From NCBI GenBank assembly GCA_043228905.1, contig JBHGNT010000014.1, forward strand, positions 9,920,001 through 9,984,000: 64,000 bases of DNA, given 5' to 3'. This document shows positions 24,332 through 35,995 of this stretch, piece by piece (position 1 is the first letter of the stretch; every line of letters begins with the position of its first letter). A model generated the notes under the pieces. The model worked only from the letters and a program-made list of their open reading frames with translations. It was not told the DNA's origin and ran no database searches. The position numbers were made by a program, and so were the translations under genes. This stretch comes from Azolla caroliniana (lineage: Eukaryota > Plantae > Polypodiophyta).

Positions 24332-24601
24332 GTTACAAAGGCAACTACCTTATCTAACTATACAACAATGATCAACCTCTATCTATAAAGTTTTCCCTTG
24401 TTGCTTATATACTAAAACAACTTTCAGGCTATTTACAAATATAGCCCATATGAGGCACATTCAGACTATTTACAATTATAGCCCCTTGAATCAATTATAA
24501 TCGATTCTCAATTTCAGTTTCGGGAAATCGATTTTCGGCCTTCGCCAAGCTTGCTCATCGATTCGGCTCATCCCATCTGGAGGGACCTGGTTTTCCCAAC
24601 A
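24026..24601 (-). mobile_element. Solo LTR (576 bp)
   Basis: TG...CA termini, perfect TSD CTTTA (24021-24025, 24602-24606); homologous to 46183-46694. Confidence 0.9.
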
Positions 24602-24749
24602 CTTTAATATTATAATCTGTACGTGTTATACACAACCACATATTTTCTAATATCATTCTGTGCAACTCTTCATCTACAATGAATGACCAGGGGTAGTCAT
24701 TCTACACTTCGTCCAATCCCCCAAATCTTGCCCATCTTCATCATTGTCC

Positions 24750-25860
24750 TCAGTTTGACTTTCTCGATGCGAGAAGGATCAATTTCAACTCCTCGTTCGG
24801 TTATGAGATGTCCAAGATAAGTAATTGATTTCTTGAAGAACTCGCATTTTGAGATCTTCGCGTAGAATTGCTTGTCGCGCAATGTTTGTAAAACAATTCT
24901 TGTTGAAATGTGGCCGGAGCAGTGAAAGGTATGACCAAAAACTCATAATGGCCATAACGCGTATGAAATGCTGTTTTAGGAACATCTTCCTCACTTATAC
25001 AAATTTGATGGTAGCCCGTACGGAGATCAAGCTTCGTAAAATATCGAGCTCCCTGGAGATGGTCAATTAGATTGTCAATGTGGGGCAATGGATATGAATT
25101 CTTGGTCGTCACTTTATTCAAGCACCAATAATTAATACACATACGCCATGTGCCTCTTTCTTTTTTACCAAGAGAATAGGTGCACCCCATGGAGATTTAC
25201 TATAATGTATATAACCCATTCGTAAATAGTCATTGAGTTCCTTAGATACCTCATCCTCTTCGGATAGACTTAAACGATACAAAGGTATACTTATTGGTGC
25301 AACACCAGGTATAATTTAAGATTTCATCGAATTGTTGTTCAAAATATAATAAATGACCCGAAACACTATCAATATTATAAACTTTAATGTTCGAATCAAG
25401 TACACAATAGTATAAAGAAGAACAAGACAATTGGATATTGATGGAGAGGAAACAATCGAAAGAGATTGTTTTTTTCCACATTGAATAAAATGAGTACAAT
25501 CGTTTAGTATAAAAGTAATTGAATGGTGAATCCAATCAATAGATAAAAGAAGAGTTTTTATTAAAAAACCAGGGATGACCCAGTATTACATCAGTGATAC
25601 AAAGATTCATTACATGAAAATATTTTTCTTCTACATAAGTATCAATAGAAATTCCTAATGAATGAATTACCCTGTTGATGTATTGTACTCTTCCATCAGC
25701 CAAGTGCACCTTATAGGTGTGATCACTTACGGTGGGTTGGATTCCCCATATTTGAACCAAACAATCATTCACAAAGTTATGTGAGCTTCCCGAATCAAAT
25801 AAGAATTGTATTGGAGATCCATTGATATACCCATTTGCACGTAATAAATCATTGGGTCAC
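24750..25860 (-). pseudogene. Old gypsy (chromovirus-like) protease/RT remnant
   Basis: DSGSSHNF protease, [42 protein letters not shown]; boundaries approximate. Confidence 0.85.
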
Positions 25861-26636
25861 AATACATAGTGAGGGAAAGAACATTTACAACTACTTAAAT
25901 GATGTGTATAGACCTCAAGGAAATCAAGAATCCGACATTTCTTTTTCCAAAAAAATATTCTTCATTAGTAGAAATTCTACATACATGACGAAATGATTAG
26001 TTTGACAACATTATAAACGCTGCAGCCATGAAGGCCAATAATAGAGCTCAAAGACTCAAAGTGGAAAACTAAAAAGAATGGCTTGATTGGACTTCTATAT
26101 GTAATGACCGTTTGATTCATCCAAACCTTATTCCATTGAATGATGAACACATACTAGTGCCTTCAACTTAGCTGAAAGTTTCCGTGAACTACTTCAACAC
26201 CTGCTTTAGCTGCTGCATTTGTGGACACCAAAATTCCCATGATGCCTAGACAACTATTTTCTTTAAAATGTGTCGACTTAGCCTTATGTAGACAGACCAA
26301 AAGACTTTATATCCTCATTGAGATCTACATCAGAAAAAGTTCCTTCCAAATCTTCAAGGTGTTTCTCTATAGTCTCAGAGGTCACATTTTCCTTGCTCTG
26401 TTTATCATAACTACACCATCATAGACCTACAGAGGATTCATACTTTCATTGATTTCTTCCAGACTGAACCTAGTATCTTGATCTTCATAATCTGCATTCT
26501 CCAATGTGACACTGTCATTGCTATTAAGGAGGCCATTATTTTCAGTTGAAGAGGCTTCAAGAATACAAAATTATCTTCATGTTCCACATGAAACACTCAC
26601 CAATTGCCACCGAAGACTTGTACATCCAAAAACAGA

Positions 26637-27015
26637 ATGAGTCTACTCTCCTCATCCCCTCATGAAAATATCTTCAACCCCCAACATCATCATCCCTCAT
26701 CCTTATCAAGAAATAGGATATTTGCTTCTTTTGTTTTTTTGTAGGTATAGGCCTTTTGGTGTTAATCCTCTCACCGATTAATAGCAAAGGCATGTACCTA
26801 CAAAAAAACAAAATGAGTATAATGTCCTCATCCCCTCTTGAAAATATGCTTCAGCCCCCGACACCATCTTCACTCAATGTCAAGAAATAGAAAATCTGCT
26901 TCTTTTTCCCCACATCCACCCTCTTGCTGATTAACACTGAATGCCTGTACATACAAAAACAAAATGAGTATACTGTCCTCATCCCCTCTTGAAAATATGC
27001 TTCAGCCCCCGACAC
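26637..27015 (+). repeat. ~152-bp tandem repeat, left part (interrupted by copia insertion)
   Basis: Units start ATGAGT at 26637, 26813, 26964; array resumes after the TSD at 33279. Confidence 0.88.
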
Positions 27016-27521
27016 TGTTGGAGACAAGGCCGTGTCGATGCGGAAGATCTAGAAGCATTCGATTAGGGTTGAGTACCTGCGTATGACAGAATCATAGATC
27101 GTGCACAGAGAGAGAGAGAGAGAGAGAGAGACACACACACACACAAAGACTCTTCTATTCAATAGAAAACAATGATACAACCAACCTTACAAAAAGGTTA
27201 CAAGGTCACTATATATAGTGACCGACTTAGGGCAACTACCATTTATGCTAATTACACAAATGGCCCAAACTTGATCTATACAAAAGGATAGTGTGAATAC
27301 GTCCATTATACACTTGTATTCGACACTCCCCCGTAATGGGCGTATACATGGGTTATCTAAGATTACAGGTATAAACCTAGGTTCTCGGACATATCAGTTT
27401 TGTTCGAGTCGGCAGGGTCCGAAGGCAGAAGACCGGACTGGTCGGGTCGGAAGAGTTGAAGCCGATCATTAGGGAACTGATGTCGGTTGTCTGAAACCAT
27501 CCTGCGCTGTGTCCGGCTCTA

Positions 27522-28253
27522 ACTTGTGTCGTGCCTTTCGGCTCCGGATCGTTTGCGTGAGTCGGGTGGGAACCACTGGGGTTTTGGACTAGGAAGAAGA
27601 GAGTTTTAAGGCTAATAAGAATATAAATATGTTGTAAGAAAGAGTTATAGCAAACTCGTGAATCCCACGAGTGTATTGTATTAGATTAATCAATATGAAT
27701 ATAAGAATATAAACTTCGGTTGAAAGAGAATGATATAGAATTCTCGTGAATCCCACGAGTATAGTTTATTAATTGGTGTTTTTTAGAAACATATCTAGTT
27801 TCCAAATATTTTTCACACATAATTACATTGTGCTTCCCATCCTTATGTAGTGATGAGGAAGTCTTAGTAATCCATGCTTTTTCTCTAACTATAGACCCCA
27901 TGCTTTTCCTATAGATAGACTATATGCTTTATCTAAAGTGATCATGCTTTTTCTAACTTGTGCGTTTTTTATCATGCACGCTAGATGTGTATGTGTAGCT
28001 TTTTCTTTTGTTATGCGTTTTTCTAATGTTTATCCTAGCGTGAATTTACCTTTCTATGTGGGACATCTATGCTTTAACACTAATGAAATGCTAGTGTAAT
28101 GGTAAGACATTACATTATTAACATGGAGGTGCAAGGTTCGAATCTTGCCCTATGCATGTTCCATTTATTTTGCTATTTTCTTCTATTTCTTCATTTTTTA
28201 TTGAATCTAATACTATATACGTTTTTCATGTAGTGTACAAAATACACTACGAC
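27522..28253. mobile_element. 732-bp non-autonomous insertion at the copia stop codon; possible rolling-circle (HUH) element
   Basis: Absent from the sister copy (GGT|TAG at 5697-5702); only a 2-bp AC junction overlap; terminal hairpins; internal tRNA-like A/B boxes. Insertion is certain, classification is inference. Confidence 0.8.
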
Positions 28254-31200
28254 ACCGGACTGTTTTGTCGTTACGCCCATCTGATGCCGAAGGGACCGAA
28301 AGCGGTCTGCCGAAAGACACTTGGTCATTCCATCTGCGACATTGTCGGTTGTGGATATTTTCTCTAGACCGATTTTCCCTGAAATGACGCAGTCCCGAAC
28401 GAAGTGATATCGAACGTCGATATGTTTGGAGGCGTTGTGGTGAACCGGATTTCTCGACAAGGCAACAGCACCTTGACTGTCGCTATAGACAACTGGAGCC
28501 GAGTCATGGTCGACTTGCCGAAACGTGTGCGCCAGCCGGCCGAGCCATAAAGCTTCTTTTGCAGCGTCGGACGCAGCTACATATTCTGCTTCGGTCGTTG
28601 AGGTCGCTGTGCACTCTTGAAGTTTCGACTTCCACGAAATTGCTCCATTGCTGAATTTGAAGCAGTATCCAGTTGTTGATTTCCGACTGTCTATACAGCC
28701 GGCGAGGTCCGAGTCGGTGTAACCGACTACGCCTGAGGTTGAGTTCGGACCGAAAAGAATGCCGTGGTCTTTTGTGCCAGCCAGATATTTGAACACATGC
28801 TTGACTGCGTTCCAATGCGATCGGCCAGGATTGTGCATAAATCTGCTAACGACTCCTACGGCATGAGAAATATCAGGCCGTGTCGCGACCATCAGGTACA
28901 TAAGGGAGCCGACTGCCGGGGCATACGGTACCGACTTCATATCTTCCCCCTCCGGACCGGATGTCGGGCAGTCTCGCTGAGAGAGCCGAAGATTCATGGG
29001 GAGCGGGGTTGAAGCAGATTTGGCTGATTGCATGTTGAAGCGTTCCAAGACACGTCCGATATAGTCGGTCTGAGACAAAAAAAGATGTCGTTTGTCGCGA
29101 TGCCGACTAATCTTCATGCCGAGTATGTGTCGTGCCGGACCGAGGTCCTTCATGGCAAACTTCAACCGCAGTTGCCGAATGAGATCGGCAAGTTCGCCCG
29201 CGTGGCGTCCAGAAATTAGCATGTCGTCCACGTAGATGATGAGGAAGATGGGTGATCCATCTTGAGCTGTGTTGGTAAAAAGACAATGGTCCTCATCGCT
29301 TTTTGAGAAGCCGATCGATTGGATGAAGTCGTCGAACTTCTTGTACCATTGTCGCGGTGCCTGTTTGAGGCCGTATAGACTCTTCCTGAGTCGGCAGACT
29401 AGATGTTCTTGGCCAGTTGCCACGAAGCCTTTTGGCTGCTCCATATAAATTTCCTCTTCAAGATCACCATGGAGGAAGGCTGTTTTGACATCTAGCTGAA
29501 TCAGCTCCAAGTTGTCGGCTGCCACTACGCCGAGTAGAAAACGAAGGGTTGTCATTTTCACCACTGGTGAAAAAATCTCATCGAAATCGACGCCATATTC
29601 TTGTCGGAAGCCCTTCGCAACTAATCTGGCCTTGTACTTTGGGGTGGTCGAATCAGATGTCTCTTTTAGTCGATAAACCCACTTGCAAGGAAGAGCACGT
29701 CGATTCTTAGGTAGTTCGACCAGATCCCAAGTCTTGTTTGCCCGAATGGAGTGCATTTCCGACTCCATCGCCAGATGCCAGGTGGCTGAATCGACAGATG
29801 TCGATGCTTCTTCGTAAGACGTCGGTTCGCCGGCGTCGGTGAAGAAAATTCCAGGAGAATACCTCTCCGGAGGTTGCGACAGTCTCTCGGATCGTCGAGG
29901 TATGATTGCTGGTCGCATCGGGTATCGAGGTCGGATGGTCCGAAAGCGAATTATTCTGCTGTGCCGAGTCAGAGTTATTCTGGTGTAAGGTTCAGCTACC
30001 CGTGAAGCTGACCGTGTGTTAAGAGCGGGGCCTTCTTGAAGGGTAGGCACATCGGAAAATGTTACCCTTCGGACTTCGATCGGTTTTTCGACTGATGGAT
30101 TCATAGCCGACTCGTTGAACACAACGTCCGAACTTCGAACGATTTGTCTGCGTTCGGGGTCCCAGAGTCGGTATCCCATTTCGCCGTCTGATCCATATCC
30201 AAGGAAAATGCATTTCCTGGACCGAGGTGCAAGTTTTCGGCGATCATCTTTCGGAATAAGGGCGTACGCCTCGCATCCGAAGATCCTCAGCTTGTCGTAA
30301 TTCGGCTTACTGCTGATCCATAGTTCCTGAGGAATTTGAAGTCCTAGAGGTCTACTTGGCGACATATTGATTATGTGTACTGCCGTGAGTAGAGCCTCTG
30401 CCCAGAAGCCATCCGACAGTCTGGAGTGTTGGAGCATGGAAACTATCCGTTCTTGGATTGTCCGATTCATGCGTTCTGCAATCCCGTTTTGCTCCGGACT
30501 GTGTGGTGCCGTAAATTCACGTCGGATGCCGCGTTGTCGGCAGAATTTGACGAATTCTTCTGATTTGAACTCTCCCCCATTGTCGGTCCGAAAGCATTTC
30601 AGTTTTCGGTCAGTTTGATTTTCTACCATAGCGAGCCAATCGGAGAAGATCGAGAAGACACGATCTTTGGTGCGAATTGGATAAGCCCACACCTTTCGAG
30701 TCGAATCGTCAATAAAACTGACGAAGTAAGAGGCACCGCCAAGAGACTGATGCGGCATTGGGCCACAGACGTCCGAGTGGACTAAATCGAGAGGTCTCGT
30801 TTCTCTTGGTGCTGATGTCGGGTGTGATGCGGCTGCTTGTTTGCCATACTGGCAATGTTCGCAGAATTGATGGTCGGAGAAGGAGAGTTTAGGGATGTAT
30901 CCGGCACTAGATAGGTGCGTAATGCCGGCCTTGCTGAGGTGTCCTAATCTTCTGTGCCATAGTGATGACACAGGAATATCCACCAAAAACAGGTTACCCT
31001 CTCTGAGCGTAACATGTAACGGATACAGTGAGTGTATCTTGGGTCCTCTAGCAAGCAGGAGGTTCCCCCTGTGGAGTGTCCACCCTCCCGAAGAAAAACC
31101 GGCACGAATGCCGTCTTCATCTAGTTGTCCGACTGAGATCAATGGCCTTGAGAGCTCGGGTACATGTCGGACATTGTGAAGTACAAGTGTAGAGCCACCT

Positions 31201-32273
31201 GCAAGGTTGAGCTCTACTGTGCCGATTCCAATGATGTCACAGTGTTGCGAGTTGCCGACTCGAACTGAGTCGGAGTGACGGATCGTATATTGCCGAAATT
31301 GGGATCGATGAGGAGTCACGTGAAATGACGCGCCCGAATCTAAGAGCCATGTGCTCGATTCTTCAGTCGTGAGCAGAACTTCTGATCCGACTGGATTTTC
31401 GATTGATAGTATATTCGGGTCGTTTGGTAGCACATCAGCTGAGAAGCTGACGTAATTGATCTCCTCATGCCGGCCACTCTTCTTGTCTGATTTCTGAGAC
31501 TTGTCGTTCTTGTTCTTGAGTGCGCGGCAGTCGGCTTTGATGTGTCCGGGTTTCTTGCAATAGTTGCAGATTCGATTATCCCGTGACTGGCTCCGTCTTC
31601 GCTGATTGTTCGGCTGCCGTGAGGAATCTCTTCCTCGTATGTTCGATCGGTCTGTCGAACCTTGTACTACATAAGCGTCGTCTGTTGAGTCTTTGGCGAA
31701 AGACTTTCTCCGAGCTGCTTCGGTCAGGATTGCGCTCGTGACTTCGGAGTATTTAACAGCCGTGGTTGACGCGTTGCACACAGTTGTGACGAAAGTTTCC
31801 CATGATGAGGGAAGGCTGCTCATGAGTATCATTGCTCTGAGTTCATCCTCGATTGCCGTCCCCTGAGATGAGATTTGGGAGCTTATGCTTTCGTACTCAT
31901 TGAGATGTGCTTGAACCGAATCTGATTCTTTCATTCGCAAGTTGTAGAGGCGCCGAATCAGAAACATCTTCGTTGCAGCGACCTTCTTTTCGTAGGTGTC
32001 CGACAGTGTTTTCCACAGTTCGAATGCTGTCGTACACGATTGCACCGTAAAGTATACCGATTCCGATAGGTGCATCCGAATCGTGGCGCGGACGATTCTG
32101 TCCAGCTTCTGCCACTCAATTGGTTTGTATCCTTCTGGAGGTTCTTCATTTTCGATGGGATCGATTTGCCCCTTGACTATGAGATAGTCCTGCATTTGCT
32201 CCTTCCAGAAGTTGAAGTTCGATCCATCGAACTTGCGTAGACTCATTTCTGACGAGCCGGATGTTGATGCCAT
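28191..32273 (-). CDS. Copia gag-pol polyprotein with a 20-aa C-terminal extension derived from the insertion
   Basis: Open ORF nearly identical in protein to 1689-5702; ends ...TTKQSG then VVVYFVHYMKNVYSIRFNKK*. Confidence 0.93.
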   Translation of the reverse strand: MASTSGSSEMSLRKFDGSNFNFWKEQMQDYLIVKGQIDPIENEEPPEGYKPIEWQKLDRIVRATIRMHLSESVYFTVQSCTTAFELWKTLSDTYEKKVAATKMFLIRRLYNLRMKESDSVQAHLNEYESISSQISSQGTAIEDELRAMILMSSLPSSWETFVTTVCNASTTAVKYSEVTSAILTEAARRKSFAKDSTDDAYVVQGSTDRSNIRGRDSSRQPNNQRRRSQSRDNRICNYCKKPGHIKADCRALKNKNDKSQKSDKKSGRHEEINYVSFSADVLPNDPNILSIENPVGSEVLLTTEESSTWLLDSGASFHVTPHRSQFRQYTIRHSDSVRVGNSQHCDIIGIGTVELNLAGGSTLVLHNVRHVPELSRPLISVGQLDEDGIRAGFSSGGWTLHRGNLLLARGPKIHSLYPLHVTLREGNLFLVDIPVSSLWHRRLGHLSKAGITHLSSAGYIPKLSFSDHQFCEHCQYGKQAAASHPTSAPRETRPLDLVHSDVCGPMPHQSLGGASYFVSFIDDSTRKVWAYPIRTKDRVFSIFSDWLAMVENQTDRKLKCFRTDNGGEFKSEEFVKFCRQRGIRREFTAPHSPEQNGIAERMNRTIQERIVSMLQHSRLSDGFWAEALLTAVHIINMSPSRPLGLQIPQELWISSKPNYDKLRIFGCEAYALIPKDDRRKLAPRSRKCIFLGYGSDGEMGYRLWDPERRQIVRSSDVVFNESAMNPSVEKPIEVRRVTFSDVPTLQEGPALNTRSASRVAEPYTRITLTRHSRIIRFRTIRPRYPMRPAIIPRRSERLSQPPERYSPGIFFTDAGEPTSYEEASTSVDSATWHLAMESEMHSIRANKTWDLVELPKNRRALPCKWVYRLKETSDSTTPKYKARLVAKGFRQEYGVDFDEIFSPVVKMTTLRFLLGVVAADNLELIQLDVKTAFLHGDLEEEIYMEQPKGFVATGQEHLVCRLRKSLYGLKQAPRQWYKKFDDFIQSIGFSKSDEDHCLFTNTAQDGSPIFLIIYVDDMLISGRHAGELADLIRQLRLKFAMKDLGPARHILGMKISRHRDKRHLFLSQTDYIGRVLERFNMQSAKSASTPLPMNLRLSQRDCPTSGPEGEDMKSVPYAPAVGSLMYLMVATRPDISHAVGVVSRFMHNPGRSHWNAVKHVFKYLAGTKDHGILFGPNSTSGVVGYTDSDLAGCIDSRKSTTGYCFKFSNGAISWKSKLQECTATSTTEAEYVAASDAAKEALWLGRLAHTFRQVDHDSAPVVYSDSQGAVALSRNPVHHNASKHIDVRYHFVRDCVISGKIGLEKISTTDNVADGMTKCLSADRFRSLRHQMGVTTKQSGVVVYFVHYMKNVYSIRFNKK

Positions 32274-33057
32274 CAAATTTGGTTTCGGTTGACGAAGCTC
32301 GGTTCGGAGTTGACTACGGACCTTGTTGGAGTGCAGCCGGTTGGCTCACCCGATATCGTTCTAGTCGGATTTGAACCCGAGTCGGTTCGGCTTCGGATAT
32401 ATGTATTGTTGAACTTGCTCGAATTGACTCCGGTAACTTGAGGGACAGAACTGACTGGTCTTCCCGAATGTTGCCGAGTCGGAGTGAGCCCGGTTCGCTT
32501 CCGAATATATATGCCAAATACCGATTATTGAAACCGATTGTCTGGACCGATTCTGCTTCGGGTGACTGCAGCGATGAGAGAGACGGATCCAACTGATCCT
32601 CCCGAATGTCGATCAGCCGGATGAAGCACGAATTGGGGTTGTTGTCTTGAGACCGATCTGCACCGAGTGGTTACAATGAGCGGCGAGCAGCGTTTGATGA
32701 CCTCTTCGGATGCCGTTTAACCGAGTGGAGCACGATCGTGTCAATGTTGCACAAGGGGATTTCACCTCGAGCGGTTACGATCACAAGGAACAGAGTACAA
32801 CCTGCTGGCTTACTCCAAGCGAAGATGATCTAACGCGATGAGATGCAAGCCTCGTTTTTCTTCTTCTTCTCTCTTCTTCGAATGACGCAGGAAACCGAAT
32901 GCTGTGCAGGCTGAGACGACGGCCGACAGCGGGATGAAGGACCGAATACTGTGCAGGCTCTGATACCAGATGTTGGAGACAAGGCCGTGTCGATGCGGAA
33001 GATCTAGAAGCATTCGATTAGGGTTGAGTACCTGCGTATGACAGAATCATAGATCGT

Positions 33058-33097
<40 letters not shown>

Positions 33098-33283
33098 AAA
33101 TACTCTTCTATTCAATAGAAAACAATGATACAACCAACCTTACAAAAAGGTTACAAGGTCACTATATATAGTGACCGACTTAGGGCAACTACCATTTATG
33201 CTAATTACACAAATGGCCCAAACTTGATCTATACAAAAGGATAGTGTGAATACGTCCATTATACACTTGTATTCGACAGACAC

Positions 33284-33790
33284 CATCTTCACTCATTCTT
33301 ATCAAGAAATAGAAGATCTGCTTCTTTTTCCATATCCACCCTCTCGCCGATTAACACCAAAGGCCTCTATCTACAAAAATAAAATGAGTATACTGTCCAC
33401 ATCCCCACCCGAAAATATGCTTCAGACCTTGACACTATCTTCACTCATCCTTATCAAGAAATAGAAAATTTGCTTCTTTTTCCCACATCCACCCTCTCAC
33501 CGATTAACATCGGAGGCCTGTACCTACAAAAATAAAATGAGTATACTGTCCTCATCCCCTCCTGAAAAAATGCTTCAGCCCCTGACACCATCTTCGCTCA
33601 TCCTTATAAAAAATAGCAAATCTGCTTCATTTTCCACATCAACCATCTCACTGTTTACCACCAAAATCCAATACATACAAAAAATAGAATGAATCTACTC
33701 CCCTCATCCCCTCATGAAAATATGCTTCTGCCCCCGACACCATCATCACTCATTTTCCACGTCAACCATCTCACCGTTTTGCTACCAAAG
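33284..33790 (+). repeat. ~152-bp tandem repeat, right part
   Basis: Unit starts at 33384, 33537, 33689. Confidence 0.88.
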
Positions 33791-33900
33791 TCTACTAAAA
33801 TCCTCAAACCATCTTGCCGAATCCAACAATCCACTTCCACGAACAGAACAAATCACATATGCCTCAACCACCTCCTCTATATTGAGTCATGTTGTTTGCA

Positions 33901-35995
33901 CTAAGAACGGTGCTGGTGACAGGAGCAACCAACGAGGTGGAACGCAGTTCCACTTAACATCATCGCCTGCATCCAATATAATAGGAATAGATGCCCAGAC
34001 TCTACGAATTCTTCTTCTTTTCCGGTTAGCTGTATTACCATAACCCTTATAACTATCATAATTACCTTTAACTGTATGTACAAACAATTCCCAAAAGGTC
34101 TTAACCTAATCCACAACATGAGTTTGTTCACCATTGTATAGTTTGGAACACCTTGCTTTCCAAAGAACCCATAAGGCCGAAGAGGAAACAATCTGCCAAA
34201 CATAACACCGCAAGAAGAACTTGATTCCCGGCAAGGAGCTTGAACCTGAAGACTTTTCACATGTAAAGTCAATGAAGAATTATGATAATGATAAAAAGCC
34301 GTTTGTTGAGCCAATGTTCCCCAAAAGATTTCACCCCACATGAAAGTAGCCAACCTATACTTATGACCTAATAGCCTAAGAATTCGAAACCAAAAACTTT
34401 GGACCGCAACACATTCCCAAAAAACATGATGCAATGTCTCAAATGCAAACCCACACATAACACATGATCGATCATGCACTGTTCCCCTCAATAAAACTCC
34501 TATTGGCAATGCATAATGAATCATCAACCATTGAAAATGCAATACCTTATTCATACACTTAACTGACCAAAACTGTTTCCAGAACTTAAACATATGAGAA
34601 GATGACACATTACCTTCCTCCCAATACTTTTTTCCCCCAGGTACTAACTCAATCTGAGTCAAAAGAAAATTTCTACCAAACGCCACCGAATATGTGAAGA
34701 ATGGAAGGACCTTCATTTGCGAAGTGTCAGATTTGGATAGCTTCCAACCATAATCAGCCGGATCCCAATGCAGATAAGCAATTAGCCATGAGTGTAAAAC
34801 CCAAATATGAGAGCAGAAGGTAGCATTTAAGGGATTAGGATCTATAAAGATGTTTTTATCTAATCTAGCAATTACTCACATTGGTAACTAATTTGTAGAA
34901 GACATAATCGGAGACTCCTCCTCCACTTATAACAACCCACCATTATCCAGAACTTCATAAAAATAGAGGTTGCCATTTTGATGATATAAATGAGCTCCTA
35001 TAAGTATATTAAGTGTCGAAAACATACCATACCAACTCTGAAAATTATCAAACTGCATAGTTGACATTGTTACCTGAAACACCGTGGTCAATTGAGAGAA
35101 CATAATATTTGCCCCTCTTAAATTAGACAACCTATTCCTCTGGTCTTGCGCTGAAGTCTACAAAAACTTTAGCCAATCTGCACTTGTATGGGTTGGGCCA
35201 CCATCCAATGTAGCCCAAGATAACCTAGGCCGTAAACCCAAAAGACATGCAACTTCATCAATAAATAAAGGATTCCATAACAATGGTTGATGCATGAATT
35301 GAGGATAAGTTTTTGGTGGCAAGAAAACAAGTGCTTGACGAATACTTTCCCATGCATGACTAATTCCATTAAAGAAACGTAAAGACCCAACAATCGACTT
35401 AGGTAATGAAAAATCCGAATTAAAGAACCATGTAAGAGTATCACTCCATTGACCACCTACCGATGGCTTAAACTTATGTAAATGAAGAATCCATAACTTT
35501 TTCCATAACTCTTCTCTAGGCAATAAACTCAAAACAACATGTTTAGCAAGTAATGCCTTACTTTGCATTAAGGGATCAATCAAACCTAAACCTCCTTTTT
35601 GTTTAGACTGTATAAGAACTCACCAAGCGACCTTTGCTACAGGAGTGTCTAAACTAACATTTCCCCAAATAAAATTTCGTACTAGACCTTGAACTTTAAG
35701 CATTATTGACCTAGAAAACAACCATGTGATGCTATATACCAAATCGAGAACCAAAGCACCGAATTAGCAACAACTACACGTTTTGCTAACGACAACATTT
35801 CCTTATTCCAGTATATTAGCTTATTTCTTAATCGAACCAACAAGGGCGCTATCATATCTTCTGCATTTAATCCCAAACCCACTACATCCTAAATACCTAA
35901 TGGAATGACCTTTAGGTATCCATGTAAATCTTGAACTAAGTACATTAAATGGTGGATCTCCCGTAGCCACCCAAAAACCTGATGATTTAGAATCT
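33901..35995 (-). mobile_element. Degenerate L1-clade LINE ORF2 3' part (RT C-terminus and zf-RVT)
   Basis: GGLGLIDP motif near 35575-35598; FWKQFW...FQWLMIH...CVMCG..ETLHHVFWEC..W zinc-binding motif in 33901..34716. Confidence 0.85.

Larger units (their letters stand above)
27016..33278 (-). mobile_element. Near-intact young Ty1/copia element (family A, LTR variant)
   Basis: LTRs 32971-33278 (5') and 27016-27325 (3'), TSD GACAC (27011-27015, 33279-33283), PBS 32957-32968, PPT 27326-27332. Confidence 0.97.

Noticed and set aside
28088-28156. Functional tRNA gene
   Set aside because: A and B boxes present but no convincing acceptor or anticodon stems
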